A stretch of 59,067 nucleotides of DNA, counting the filler, from Jimgerdemannia flammicorona (lineage: Eukaryota), in assembly GCA_003990765.1 (NCBI GenBank). It is 3 parts of 3 records of this genome, joined end to end, with 100 filler letters (N's around TTAATTAATTAA, not from the genome) between each part and the next. Parts side by side here need not be neighbours in the genome. Positions count along the whole stretch, not along the records: positions 1 to 19,626 come from RBNJ01001894.1; positions 19,727 to 39,348 come from RBNJ01001895.1; 1 more part is not named here. One strand, given 5' to 3'. This document shows positions 13,891 to 27,390 of this stretch, one piece after another. The notes under the pieces are model-generated. The model had not been told where the DNA came from, made no database searches, and saw only the letters and a list, made by a program, of their open reading frames with translations. Positions within the stretch are counted from its first letter, which is position 1. Every line of letters begins with the position of its first letter. The translations under genes were made by a program, and so were the position numbers.

Positions 13891-14699
13891 ATTCTATACC
13901 AATGAAAACTATATATCAGTAAGTATTAATTCTATAATAGTAATAGTAATTCTATGATAGCAAGTGGTAAGCAATAATAATAATAATAATATAGATATAA
14001 TATGAAGTTTTTTTAGAGTACTAAAAGTATTCCACTATATCTTATATATATTTATCAATATTGCTTATATTTCTTTATTTATAAATAGATATAAATTTAC
14101 ATTATCAATTAATATTTCTCAGAATTTCTATCTTTCACTACTTTGTTTATCTATTTTTATAGGAAATTTAGATTTTTTTCAGTTATCTAGATAGCACTCA
14201 GTTGGTTATATCTTAGTTTGACTATATTTTAGTTTTATTTGTATATTCTGGGATATATCTCATTGAGCAAGAGTGTTGAAATATCTTAGTTATAGCAACT
14301 TAATATATTGTAATATAGTCTAACTATATCATTATTATAAATATCATCAATATATATAAAAGTATATAAGCTATCAATAAACAACTACTATCCTCCTTCT
14401 CTCTACTTGTCCTAAGTATTCTATAATAAAAATATGTCCAAATTTAATATTCTTTATTATATTAGATTCTTTAGTATAAGATATATTGAATAAGCTAAAA
14501 TTTATTAAATTTAGATATATTTTGGTCAAGTTATTGAATTTTGAAAAATTAGATTTAAATTGGACTTTGAATTGAATCAAATTGAGCCTTAGTTTAAATT
14601 AAATCAAATCAAATTAACTCTTAATTTGATTCAAATATTTCAAATTAAATCAAATTGGAGACAAATTTAATTTAATTCAATTCATTCTAAGCACTAGCT

Positions 14700-15195
14700 A
14701 GTAGTGCTCTAAATGAATCAATTTGAAGTAGCTTATAGATGGTACAATTAGAAGAGAATTCAATATATTAATATTATTATTTTAATTTTCAAATTAGATA
14801 ATTAAATATTTATATCAATAACTTAATAAAATAACATTCAATTTTGATAGTTATAATATTATTCAAAAGCCCTTAATAAGACCTTTCTAATAATACTAAG
14901 AATATTGAAATCAGATGATGCATTACTAAGTTATTAAGAAAAATATCTAACTTACCAATTTTGGAAATATTGATAACTTAGCAATATATCATCCAATTTC
15001 AATATTCTTAGTATCATTAGAAAGACCTCTTTAAGAGTTTTCAAATAATACTATAATTATCAAAATTGATTATAAACATTTAATTATCTAATTTAAAAAT
15101 AAAAATAATAATATTGATATATCAAATTCTCTTCAAATTATACTACCTATAAGCTACTTCAAATTGATCCAGATTAGCACATTTAGAGTACTACT
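14700..15195. mobile_element. Foldback/MITE-like element with ~240-bp inverted arms
   Basis: agtagtgctctaaatg...tttgaagtagcttatag...ctttctaataatactaagaatattgaaat is mirrored by atttcaatattcttagtatcattagaaag...ctataagctacttcaaa...catttagagtactact. Confidence 0.75.
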
Positions 15196-15839
15196 TATCA
15201 GACTAAGCCAGAAGAGAAATCTGCTATATTTTAGTCTACTTATCAGATTAAGTCTGAATTTAAGAACTCTGCCATTTTTGGTCTACTTGTCAGATAAAGC
15301 CTAAATTATCTGCCTAAAGTTTATAATAGTATATTTTCACTATTATAGTAATTATACTCTTTAAGTTAATAATTCTTAATATTAATAACTTAAAGGCACT
15401 TATGTCAGATATTTTTAGCTTAAGGAAGTAGCTATCTTAATATATAAGTATTGTCTATTATACTTTTAATTAATCTAGTCTCCTTCTGATAAATTTAAAT
15501 AATAATTTTGTAATTATATACTTTAATTCTTTAAAGTTTAAGTCTTTTAGTATATCCTTTTTAGATATAGTCTTATTCTGAGAATTATATTTAGATTATT
15601 TAAAGTTTAAGTATTTATAGAGTTTAGATTATCTAATTTTAGATATGTATAGTCTTTTAAGCTAAGGTTATTTAGAGACTTATCTTATATTATAGACTTA
15701 AGTCTTTAATTATTCTTCTTTTCTGAATTGAGTTCTGTTTTTATTAAGTTACTTTTCTGAAGATATTTATACATTTTAAAGGTCTTTTAATATTGACTAA
15801 CTATTGGCTAAAAGATATTATTCTTATAAGACTATATAT

Positions 15840-17853
15840 TGTAACATAGTGGATGCGGAATTTAGTAAGTTGGATGGATTTTGGAATTGGACTGGTTTGA
15901 TCTGACTCGTTCTGACTGAGGTTTATTCACTCTAAAATACTGAGTTATTTATACAGATTTGTGCGCTAATTCTGCTACTAAATATGCGGCTAAGTATTAA
16001 GTCTTTTCATGTGAAATTCTCAGATAGAATCTCATGTGAAATCCTATCTGAAATTTGTGAAAGTAACAAGAGTTTCACTGATAATGTTTTAGATGTAGTG
16101 TATGCAGTAAAAGACTATACTAAATCGGAAATTGGATTCAGGTACTATGATCAAATGTCTATTTCCTGTTTCTATTTCATACTATACGTCACATCTTCCC
16201 CCTGAATAGGTTATTTTTGATACAAAAATACCTATTCAAATTCTTACATTGCAATGTTTATATATTTGTTCCCCCTACATGGACATGTTTATGATATATC
16301 CAGGCAATTGTTAAAATGTTATTCAAGGTTCCAAAAGTCTTCAAATAATTAATTCAGGCAGCGGTTTTGGGTGACGGTTCGGGTGACGGGGTCTTCAAAA
16401 ATTGGGTGGTGGCTCGTCTTCAAATTCTTCAGGATATCATAGGTGTTCGTATGTCGGGCAGCATTCTTCAAATAATTAACTCGAACGGTTCATATATGAC
16501 ATCTTCAGCTCTCCGTGGCAGTCCATTTGTATGTCGGACGGTATTCTTCACTCGGGCGGTTTGTATATAACGTCTTCAACTCTCCGTGGTGGTCCATTCG
16601 TATGTCGTCAAAAGTCGGATGACGGCATTCTTCACTTGGGCAGTTCATATACGACGTCTTCAATTCTGTGGTCAAAAGTAGGGCGGCGTTCTTCAAATAA
16701 TTAACTTGGGTGACATCTTTTAATTCTCCTGGGTGGTCCATTCCGTTCGTATGTCGTCAAAAGTCAGACAACAGTTCATATGTTCTATTCTCGATAGCGG
16801 TCCATTTGTATATCGTGGGATGTTCTTCAAAAGTCGAGCGGCAGTGGCGTTTGGCATGGTGGTTCGTTCGGCGTTTTTCGGTGATTAATTCTTGTAATGT
16901 TGTCCCTCGAACTAAGGAGCGACCCAGCTATTAACTCAACGATGTAGTCCTTTGCAGAGCATCTATTGTTCAATACCGACGACAGTTCACAGAAACGAGG
17001 CTGACAACCGGAACAACCAATTAACAGCAGATAGCGCAAACAAACAATGTCTTCAAAATTCGGGTGGCAATGGTTCATACAGCGGTTTTCTTTGTGGTCC
17101 GTACAGCAGTCCGTTCAGCATGGCAGTTTGTTCGGCATTTTTCGGCAATTAATTCTTGTAATGTTGTCCCTCGAACTAAGAAGTGACCTGGCTATTAACT
17201 CAATGATGCGGTCCTTTGCAGAGCGTCTATTGTTCAATACCGACAACAGTTCACAGAAATGAGGCTGACAACCAGAACAAGTAATTAACAGCAGATGGCG
17301 CAGACAAACACCATGTACAACATGATGGTCTGTATGGCGGTCCGGCGGTCTGGCAGTCTGGCGGTCTGGCGGTCTGGTGGTCTGGCAGTCTGGCAGTCTG
17401 GCGGTCTGGCGGTCTGGTGGTCTGACAGTCTGGCGGTTGTTCATTTTTCAGCTTAAAAGTGAGGATTCATCTTGAATCACCAGCCAATGGGCACCAAGTT
17501 GTAATGTAGTGGATGCGGAATTTAGTAAGTTGGATGGATTTTGGAATTAGACTGGTTTGATCTGACTCGTTCTGACTGAGGTTTATTCACTCTAAAATAC
17601 TGAGTTATTTATACAGATTTGTGCGCTAATTCTGCTACTAAATATATGGCTAAGTATTAAGTCTTTTCATGTGAAATTCTCAGGTAGAATCTCATGTGAA
17701 ATCCTATCTGAAATTCGTGAAAGTAACAAGAGTTTCACTGATAATATTTTAGATGCAGTGTCTGCAGTAAAAGACTATACTAAATCAGAAATTGGATTCA
17801 GATACTATGATCAAATGTCTATTTCCTGTTTCTATTTCATAACATACGTCACA
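15840..17853 (-). mobile_element. Young non-autonomous TRIM-like LTR element: 354-bp LTRs (15840-16193, 17500-17853), PBS, PPT, no pol
   Basis: Near-identical direct repeats with TG...CA ends, TSD ATAT, PBS ttggtgcccattggctgg next to 17500, PPT ggggaaga next to 16193. Confidence 0.92.
17335..17438. repeat. 8-bp tandem repeat (tggcggtc)x~13 in the TRIM leader
   Basis: Directly visible; the same element also has a ~200-250 bp internal duplication (about 16850-17050 vs 17115-17310). Confidence 0.9.
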
Positions 17854-18771
17854 ATATGTATTATCATTATAATACTCTTGCAGATTAAAGTTATTTATAA
17901 GGTCTAGCTCAATTTAACTTATCAATTGATCTAGTTTAGCTTATAATATTACTGATCTTGAAGATCTTACTAGCTTATAATATCAGAGGACTAATAATAT
18001 TAATAGCTAATTTTAATATATATATTCTAGTTTTTATGATATTATAGACTATTTTAGCTTATGATATCAATAAAGTTATAGAAATTTAGTCTTATACTAT
18101 TTTTAGTATCTTTAGTCTGTTTTTGAGATATATCTATAGTAATATCAGTAAAGTCATATACTAAACTAATATAGAGACTAGTGTGACTACTATGATATTA
18201 TTAGCTAAAGAGAGCTAAAATTAGTATAAAATCACTATGATCTTACTAATATTCTTGAGTTTTCTAGTATATAACCTTACTAGTAATACAAATCTGATAA
18301 TATTAGCTTAATAATATCATCCTCTGTAATATTAGAGTATAATTTCATTATAAAGTTTAAGTGAAGTACTTAGCTATAATATCTAGAGAAATCTGTTGGA
18401 TATAGAATTTGTACTATTAGAGAATAATCTGCTAAATCTGTCTCATTATGCCAAATCTGCCTAATAAGAAAATTGCTAAAATTATCTATATTATAAAAAC
18501 TAGAGAACTCATACTTTTAAAAAATAACTGAACATTTTGTTACTTTTTGACAAAGTAACTGGAGGCTCAAACCAATCTATATAGTCACTCAACCTTGTAA
18601 TTTGCCTCCATTGAGCCAGCACATTACAATATTATTGTCTAAAGAGCACTCTATTTATACTTAATCTTGCTATAATTTTTAAATAACAAATAATAGAATA
18701 TATATATCAAAAGGACAGACTAGATTTCTTGTCCAATGGCATTGTCTCTGACAATATAATGCTGAAAAGAG

Positions 18772-19272
18772 AGCACCACCATTTTTTTTTCCCTCAATCC
18801 GATGTTTTCTGCCAATGGATTTTTTCAGAAGATAAGGTTTTACCACACCAATCACGTCCTTTTGTCTTTGTGGATCGCCCACCTCTGCACCTCTGGGATC
18901 ATCGCTTTCTTTGTTGATAGAATGTATGGACGCGTTCACGCGTCTTTTTTTCTTTTGCCATATATACATATATACATATTTGAACTTTAACACAATGGAG
19001 CAAACCTCTGACTCCAATAACCATCCTTGGAAGCTTAAATAACACATTTTTTCGCTCACAATATCTGGTCTGGATTTCACAATGGATAAATAAACGATTA
19101 TGGATGGATAAACATTGTTGCTATTGTCGCCATTGTCGTCGTTACTGTCATTGTCAGTATGGATGGATGGCACAGCCATTTGGGAGAGGTGGAGGGGGGA
19201 AGGATGCAATTGGTGCCTCTAAAAAAATCCAGTGGTGGAAAAAATCGGGTTGAGGGGAAAAACGGTGCTGCT
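18772..19272. mobile_element. Possible non-autonomous TIR element (~55-bp imperfect inverted repeats)
   Basis: 18772-18826 reverse complement aaaaaatccattggcagaaaacatcggattgaggg..ggtggtgct resembles 19221-19272 aaaaaatccagtggtggaaaaaatcgggttgagggg..ggtgctgct; no clear TSD. Confidence 0.5.
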
Positions 19273-19626
19273 ATAAGGTGTCCCGAAAAGAAGATATTCC
19301 TTGTGAGGGTCCTAGAAAGAAAGATCGCTTGGATCCAGTTTCACATTTACCTTGTCGCAACATCTCCTTATCGACTCGTAACGGCTACTATTTACAACGG
19401 GCATCAGCCACCCCGTCGAGATTCCTTTAGCCTACGCCCCTTCACACCTTCCGTTAGACTTCACACGCGTCGGCCACGAACCTCCGAAAGACACAAGGTC
19501 GGACCGGAACAGAACTTCTACAGAGCAGAGCAGAACGAGCTTAACGCATTTCTGGAGTCATTTAACCCGACTGGAATCATTATTTTTACAATGGCCACTC
19601 TCTCAATCCAATTGATCCTAGGTTTT

Positions 19627-19726
19627 NNNNNNNNNNNNNNNNNNNNNNNNNNNNNNNNNNNNNNNNNNNNTTAATTAATTAANNNNNNNNNNNNNNNNNN
19701 NNNNNNNNNNNNNNNNNNNNNNNNNN
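19627..19726. other. Assembly gap with TTAATTAATTAA spacer
   Basis: N run containing an all-frame stop linker. Confidence 0.97.
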
Positions 19727-20849
19727 TTTTTAAAAAAAAAAAGGGCAAATTAGCTGCCTGGAAGGAAGGACATTTGCCTCTACAAGTAAAGTTACATGAA
19801 ATATGGCATAATCGGATGCATAATCAATGTGAATTTTTCCTACAATTTGTAGGTGCTCTACTGTTATCTGTATAAAATCTCCCAAAACTACTTCTTGAAA
19901 ACGAGCTAGAGCTGGCTCATTATTCTTGAACTCATTTGGCAATAGTAATCTGAGTATAGAAAATCTGATATTTAGCAATCTACTCTTCTTTAGTTATATA
20001 TATCTGACTTCTGATTAAGAAGCTGTCCCAACTTGAAGTATTCTTGGAACTCAGCTCAGTATTTGTAAGAGAGTAACCTCAGTTACTATTACTTTTTCAA
20101 ATTTTAAGATAATTTACATATAAAGGTTGAGCTCTATATGGTGATAAATAAATACTATAGTATAGCTAGAATATATATAAAGAATACTTAGTAAGCTCTG
20201 TGAAAAAGAAATATATATACTTAGTATAGTTACTCTATATAATTATCAATATATACTATCAATTTATATAAATAATCAGATATATCAAATTAAGACATAC
20301 TGTTTCCTGAGAGAACATCTGTTTCTTAAGAGAATACTCATTCTTTGAGAGAACACCTGTCTTTCAAAGAGATATCTGTTCTCTAAAGAAATAAATAGTC
20401 ATACCTTTTCTTATAATTATTCAAATATATAACAACTAGATAATACATAAAGTACTCTAGAGATTTAAGTAAATTAACCTTAGTCTGAAATCTAAGTTAA
20501 AAGCAAAAGACAAGTCTGCCTATAGTATATTCAAGAGATATATCTGCTAAAAGTCACTTGATATAAAGAAAAAGATTATAATACTTAGAGGAAATATCTG
20601 CTCAAGAGTTACTATTAAGATAATTATAAGCTACTTTCTGATTTTACTCTAGTTCTCTTGCTGAAAGCAAGTTAAGTGGATTTTGAGTCATTCTATATTT
20701 AGTCTACTTACCAGATTAAGTCTGAAGATTACTACAAAGTTTTAAAAATAAAACTTTATCTATTTGTAAAAATTCTAAAGATTAGTCTGAGATAAATTAT
20801 TAAACATTTTTTTACTTTTTTGCTAGAAGGTCTAACTTATATACAATAG

Positions 20850-23800
20850 GTCTATATTTTTTAAGATCTTAAATGGTCCAATATAGCAGAGTTTAAGCTT
20901 TTTTTTTGATATTTATATTATTCAGAATTAGGTACTAGATACTAAGTAATATTTGTATAAATAACCTCTCTTCTATTTTTATCAGTATCTACTACTTGTA
21001 TTCTTTATATCTCTATGAGAGCATCTTATACTTACTGGATGTTATCTTATATTATTATATAGCTGATACTATGGTTTGGATAATAACTATAAGAGTCTAT
21101 AGATATTATCTATAGTTCAGATAAAATAGCATCATCTTAGTACTTATACTTAAATTGTTATTATGTAAATTTGGCTAGAGTTATATAGGTTAAAGCTTCT
21201 TATACTTTCTGTTGGTACTCAAGACTATTGAACTGAGTGTAGAACTAGGTCTTGTAGATATTATATCTATCTATATAGTCTCTATTTACTTGAAGATTGT
21301 TGGTATGTTCTGCTCTATAGATGTCTCCTCCAACTTACTTTGCTTGGTTATACTTCTATAGAGCAGGACCTCTCAGGAGTGATTCTATGATTCTGAGCTT
21401 TTTCTAGATATTTCACTTCTTGGCTACTACTTGTACTTTAATTTCTTTAAAGAATTTATTAATATCTTCACTGTCTATACTATAGAATTTCTAAAGATAG
21501 CTCATATTTGGTTTATCTTCACTATCTGAGTCTAGTTCTAGAGTAAAGTCTCTTAATGATTCTTATAGAGATAAGAATAGTAAAGATGTTTGATAAACTA
21601 GTGATACTGATAGAAGACAGTGTCTTGGTAAGAGTATAGAGAGTCTGGCTCTTCTAATTAAAGTTGGGATAGAGGTTCTTAATAGTGGTAGTTCTCTAAT
21701 CGAGTGATAGTGGCTACTAAATACTGAGATACTGAGAGAGCTAGAGCTTTTTGTCTCTTGTAAATAATATCAGAGTATTAAGGATCAAGATACTGAGGTT
21801 CTAGCAATTAGAATAGAACTAATATAGCTAATATTTAGTTCATCTTACTAAGGATCTATATTACTGTCTGAGTAGTTATAGAGGTTGAATTTGTCTCTTG
21901 AGTGGTCTGGTTAACTTCCTCAGTTATCATTTTCCTCTTATTCTAGAAGATAAAAATAGTCGTCTTCTTCTTCTTCAGATTTTTCAAAATATGCTTGATC
22001 TAGTAGAGTAGCTTGAGTGATGATAGTAGTAATGTAGTTACTTCTGTCTGAATATCTTCTATAGATTAGAGTCTGATATTCTTTGGGAAAATCTTCTTAT
22101 TTTAGACCTTTGAATCTGAATGAGATCAGATTGTCCTCTAAGTCATCTTTTTTTCTTTAAGATTAAACCATAATCTGTATTATTTCTTTCTTCTAATTCA
22201 GTTTTCTGACTACTAGTTCTAAACAAAGTGAGAGCTGTCCTAACAATGATATGGACTTCACTTTCTGAAGCAGGCTGTTGTTGGCTAGTTTCTCCTAAAT
22301 TCTCTACTATAGATTACTGCTGAGTTCTTGAGTCAAATTATCAAGTCTTTAGAAAATGTTTTTAGTTGAGTCTCCAAAATGTGATATGTAATTTGTATAT
22401 TTTATTTACTGATATATATGTATGGCTCAATATACTACTGAAAATCTATATACTATCTTTTGTTTATTTCTAACTATATTTCTGACTCAATGTTCACTTT
22501 AATTACTATTCAATTTGTTCATATATATATCTTGAGTCAGTGGTCATATGACTGATTATTTATATATCAAAAGGGAGATCACTTATATTATATGTTATTT
22601 TGGAGTTTCTAGTAAGTTTTTTGAGTCTTGTATCCAATTTCAGCAGTGGTAGGTTGTTTTGGAGTTTTCTAGTAAGTTTTCTAGGTCTTTTCCTTAGTCT
22701 TGTTTTCCAATAGCAGTCTTGACTAACTGACTTGTATTTTGAGTTTTATAATGATTTTCCATAGTCTTGTATTTAATTTTCTATAGTAGTAATATCAAGA
22801 GTAATTTCTTCAGCTCTTAGAGTCTTTTTCCAAAGTTCTTATACTCAACTTTCTTGTCTTTCAGAACTTAATTGCAAACCAATTAACTGAGGTTTATTCA
22901 CTATAAATTAAGGGGTATTTATATAGTTTTCAGACTATATATGAGACTAGATAATTGGTTTTAACTCATAATTACTAAAAGATACTAATTAGTATAATTT
23001 TGGAATTTCAGATAACTAATTAACTAGATAAGGCTAATTTTATATTTATGATAATTTTGGTTAGTTAATATATAGTCACTATTTGTCCTACTAAGTAACT
23101 TACTCAATTTGGCTAATAGAGTCATCCTAATATATCTTAAAATTCAATATAACTAAAATTATATTATCCTCATCCTTCTTCTTATTTTCTTCAGAGAGTC
23201 TGGTCAAATTATTTTCTACATCTCTTAGGAAGTTATTGAGATCATCTTTTAACAAAATAAATAAGTCATTACTATTCTCTAAGTTATTATTGAAATGTCA
23301 CTAAGGAGTATGAAGTTATTCTGCTCTTAAGATCTCTAGTTGATGGAATTGTTATCTATAAAGTAGAGAATATCTGTGGAATTCTGGAGAGAGTAAACTC
23401 TCAGAAGAGGGTCTTGAAATAATACAATTAGACTATAAATGAAATAGTCTGGGTTATTCTCTAGGATAGGATTCCAAAGGTCTTAACTCTCATTACTCTT
23501 GATTATAATAGTAGATTGGACCTCTTCTGCAATCATTTCTTCAAGATAATCTGTATAGTAGCTTATTAGTTCTTGAATATCAGAAACTTTGATATATTCC
23601 AGATTGGGAATAATCCAGAATATATGTCTGAAGATCTGATAAACTCTTTTGGCTAATTACTGTTTATATCTATTTATGTATATGGTATCTGCAATTTTTA
23701 GAAAACTGGCTTATGAAAATTCTTAGTAGAGATGATGTCTCTTTTCATATTTTTACTATATCTAGAGATACTCAGTAGTAGTGGTGATTTTTGTCTCTAT

Positions 23801-24248
23801 TTCTCAGTAGTTGAGAGTATAGTAGTAGAGGTCTTTTATGAAGAGGTTCAGACTAGGGGTCCTTCTTGTATAAATCTTATTGCTCTCTTGATATCAGTAA
23901 ATATCTATTCTTAAACTAATAGATCTGAGTAGCTCTCTAATCTTATTATTTGATAGATAGTAGGTATTTTACTTTGTAGTAAGTCTCTTATTTATGGTTA
24001 ATACTTTGTACTTCTTTTCTTAATGCTTCTCTTATATCTTGAGGGTCTTCTCCTTTAGTCTAGAGGGTAGAGTTATATGATTTAGAGTAGTATACTATTA
24101 GACTCATTATAAGTTATTATAAATTTAGATGGAAATTATCTTCTAATCAAGATAAGTTACAGTTGAGTTACAATTTACAACTGGTGGCTTACAAAGTCTG
24201 AGCAGTCTTCTGAATTCTGATGTCACTAATTTTGAAGATATTGTTACA
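20850..24248 (-). mobile_element. Family 3 gypsy-type element: ~1.87 kb LTR (24248-22380), PBS-like tttggagac, gag-like region joined to integrase C-terminus (internally deleted)
   Basis: TGT...ACA LTR ends, LTR ORF motif RVYQIFRHIFWIIPNL (~23600-23650), YIGPFKI (GPY/F motif) at ~20865-20885. Confidence 0.75.
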
Positions 24249-24252
24249 ATAG

Positions 24253-25497
24253 GTATTAATATCAAATCTATTAACAATTCTTATAACTTTTTTAAGAGAT
24301 CTTAGTTTTTCTAGTTTAATCTTAATATGTATATTCTCTTTTAAGCCTCAGATATAGCAGTCTATCTTTTCATCTTCTACAATATCAGATAGCTCTAAAA
24401 GAATTGATAAGAATTATATATTATACATATATAACTTTATACAAACTTGAGTTGCTTGATATTTACTAGTCTATCTCTAGCTAGTTTGATGGAATTTATA
24501 GACTTGAACTACTTATAGAGAGCCTCCTTAAATACTCTTCAATCTTCAATTATTATTTCTTAATAGATAGTAATAGTTATAATATAATTATACTATTAAA
24601 TGGTTATATTTTCTTAGAGAAGTATAATAGCATATTAGACTTATATATCTATCTTTATTATTATAAGTTTGAAGTATTAGTCTAACTAAAAAGTCTATAT
24701 ATCAGTAGACAATCCTCCTCAGTAGCCATTAAAAGTATTTGACTTAAGTGGTTTAAAATTAATAAATATAATTATAAAGTGAGCTACTATAGCTATACTT
24801 TTAATTTTTGAATATTTTAGTTATACTTATAAGTTTCAAATCTAGTATATTATTGTAGTAATCATTTCTTTTAGATTAATCTATATTTCTGAATTTATAT
24901 CTTCTATTACAAAGAGATCTGAATAGCTGACTAGTTCTCTGATATTAATTTTAGATTTGTATGACTAATTGTAACTAATTTCTGAATTTATATACAATTT
25001 TTTAATAAGATAAGATATAACTTCACTACTACTATTAAGTATAACAGTTTTAGGTTCTTTAAGAGAAAGTAACTAAATTAAAAATATTCAAATAGATTTA
25101 TATATAGTAGCTCAAAAAGATATTATAAATTTAAGTGATCTTGAAGAAATTTTAGAAAAAATATTCCAAGCTTTATTTGAGTAGAAAAAGAGAATATTTA
25201 TATAAGATCTGAAAGAAAGATCCAGAAGAATCTTAGAAATAAATAAAAAAAGTCAAGAATATAATTTTTAGCAAAAATGACTAATAATATTCTATAATAT
25301 TTCAAAAGATTCTATAACTAGCTAAGATAAGATACTTAGTATCAAGAAAAGACAAAAATATTCTAGTAAAGTTTTAGTGATAAGAGAGGATTCTTAAAAT
25401 TTAAAAAATACTAAAATATTATAGAATATTTAAAAAAAAGATAAGAAAAGACTAAAAAAAAGATACAAAAATATACTATACCTAAGAAATTATTATA
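24253..25497 (-). mobile_element. Fragment (5' LTR ~25497-25040 + gag) of the dUTPase-gypsy family, copy 3
   Basis: Reverse complement matches 45590-46830 and 100-530. Confidence 0.8.
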
Positions 25498-27199
25498 TTT
25501 ACTAATAATTTATATATATATATATATATTTTAACTTATAGTTAAAATTTTACCAATTTCAAAATAAAAATCACCTGCTTATCTATATTCTCAGTTATAG
25601 GAATAAGAGATATATATAATTTCAATTGCCAAATTTAGTTATATTATATTATAGAATAAGTAATATATATATATATTTTTTTTTAAAAAAAAATTATTAA
25701 TTTTTATAATTAATTTTAAAATCAAAAATTTGCAAATAAATTTACTTATAAATAATTAAGAAAATTGAAAAAATAAGTATAATTATAAATTAGTAATTTT
25801 TTTAAAAAAAATAAATTTTGAATTAAATTAAATTAGGATTTTTTTTTAATTTGATTTAAAATTAAGTCAAACTTTAAAACATAATAACTTAGTAAAAATA
25901 TATCTAAATTTAATAATCTTTATTATATTAAATTTACCTAAATATATAATAAATCTAATAAGCTAAAATTTATCAAATTTAGAATATTTTTTATCAAGTA
26001 TTAAATTTTGAAAATTTATATTAAATTAGCTCTTAATTTAATTTGAGATCAAATTTAATTTAATTTGATTTATTATAAGTATTAGCTTAAATAATATATT
26101 GCTATATTATAATTACCATTAATATAATATATTATATAATATTTTATTTATTTATTTATAAATAAATAAATAAATTTTAATATTTACCTTTATTTTTCAA
26201 AAGTTTTACATAAATATATTGTGCAAAACCAGGGGGCGATTTTTCTTTTTGAGTTTGGAGACATGACATTAGCAAGTATTGTGGATGCCAGAAAAGCTGC
26301 GACGGGTTTAGGGATTTCGTCGATGCACGGACAACTATGAACGCGTGGGGATTATTGATCATCGAGACGAATGCCAATTTTAACCAATTTGTGTAGTTTA
26401 TGTGTCACCAAGTTTTCATGCCGAGTCGGATCTGTTCGAAAAATAGTGCTGAATAGTGATGTCATATTTCGGCAACGCGTTCTCATGGACGACGCGTCGC
26501 GCGTTTTTGAGGCATCGACTCGTTACGCTATGATTTCATTCAGATGACTCGGAGCATGCGTCAGCGTTCAGTGAGATTGAGAAAGAAAAAAAAAAAAAAT
26601 TAACCATTCAACATTTTTTGTAATTTAATACCAAACTCCTCATTACTACCCAGTACACCGCCCTTCTCAAATCCAAAATAAAGCATATCAGGGAAAAATT
26701 GATTATGAAGATGCTTTCCCTTCTGATTTCCACCTACCCGAACAATGTTGCGTACGTGACGAAGTATGACTTGAATCGATATGTTTTACTTGGGGGTTTA
26801 TGTTTCCTGCCAGCTTAAGATCTCTTAGGAGCGTCTAGGCGAAATACTGATAATAATAATATAATAAAATCGTGTATTATCCGTGCTCAACAAGAACACG
26901 TACCAATTACCACCATCTTCGTGTTCACTACTGTCGTCCCAATATAACCTAACCCTCCTGTATTCAATCCGTTTATCTGATCCCTCCAGCCCTGATGGTG
27001 TCGAAGACCTCATGGGAGTGAAGCTGGTTCGAATAGAGAACTGGATGAAAGGGGAGATCAATTCTAACTCCTCGTCCGGGTATTAGGCGATGAAGACAAC
27101 AAAGCTCACCTCGAGATATACAAAATCACGTGAAAGTAAAGGCGAACGCGATTGACCCATAGTACTGAAGGTGTACAAAGCCCAGAAAACAAAACCCCT

Positions 27200-27390
27200 A
27201 TACAAACGACTTAGCACAAAACAGTGATGAACGATGACTAAGGGCAGAACAGCGATGCCGATGACGACGAACGACGGATGATGTATAAAAGCGCAGAACG
27301 GCGATGACAACGACGACAGATAATGGGTGACGGGTAAGCACAGAACGATAAGCGCAGAACGACGACTAAGTGTAGATGACGATGGTAGTG
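27200..27390. repeat. Short minisatellite (aagcacagaac..gatga.cgacgac) upstream of gene copy 1
   Basis: Same unit is expanded at 33420-34310. Confidence 0.7.

Noticed and set aside
15200..18700. AT-rich decayed DNA flanking the TRIM, perhaps a transposase relic
   Set aside because: Too degraded to assign any motif with confidence
19671..19682. TTAATTAATTAA palindrome (also 39393-39404)
   Set aside because: Embedded in N runs; artificial scaffold spacer
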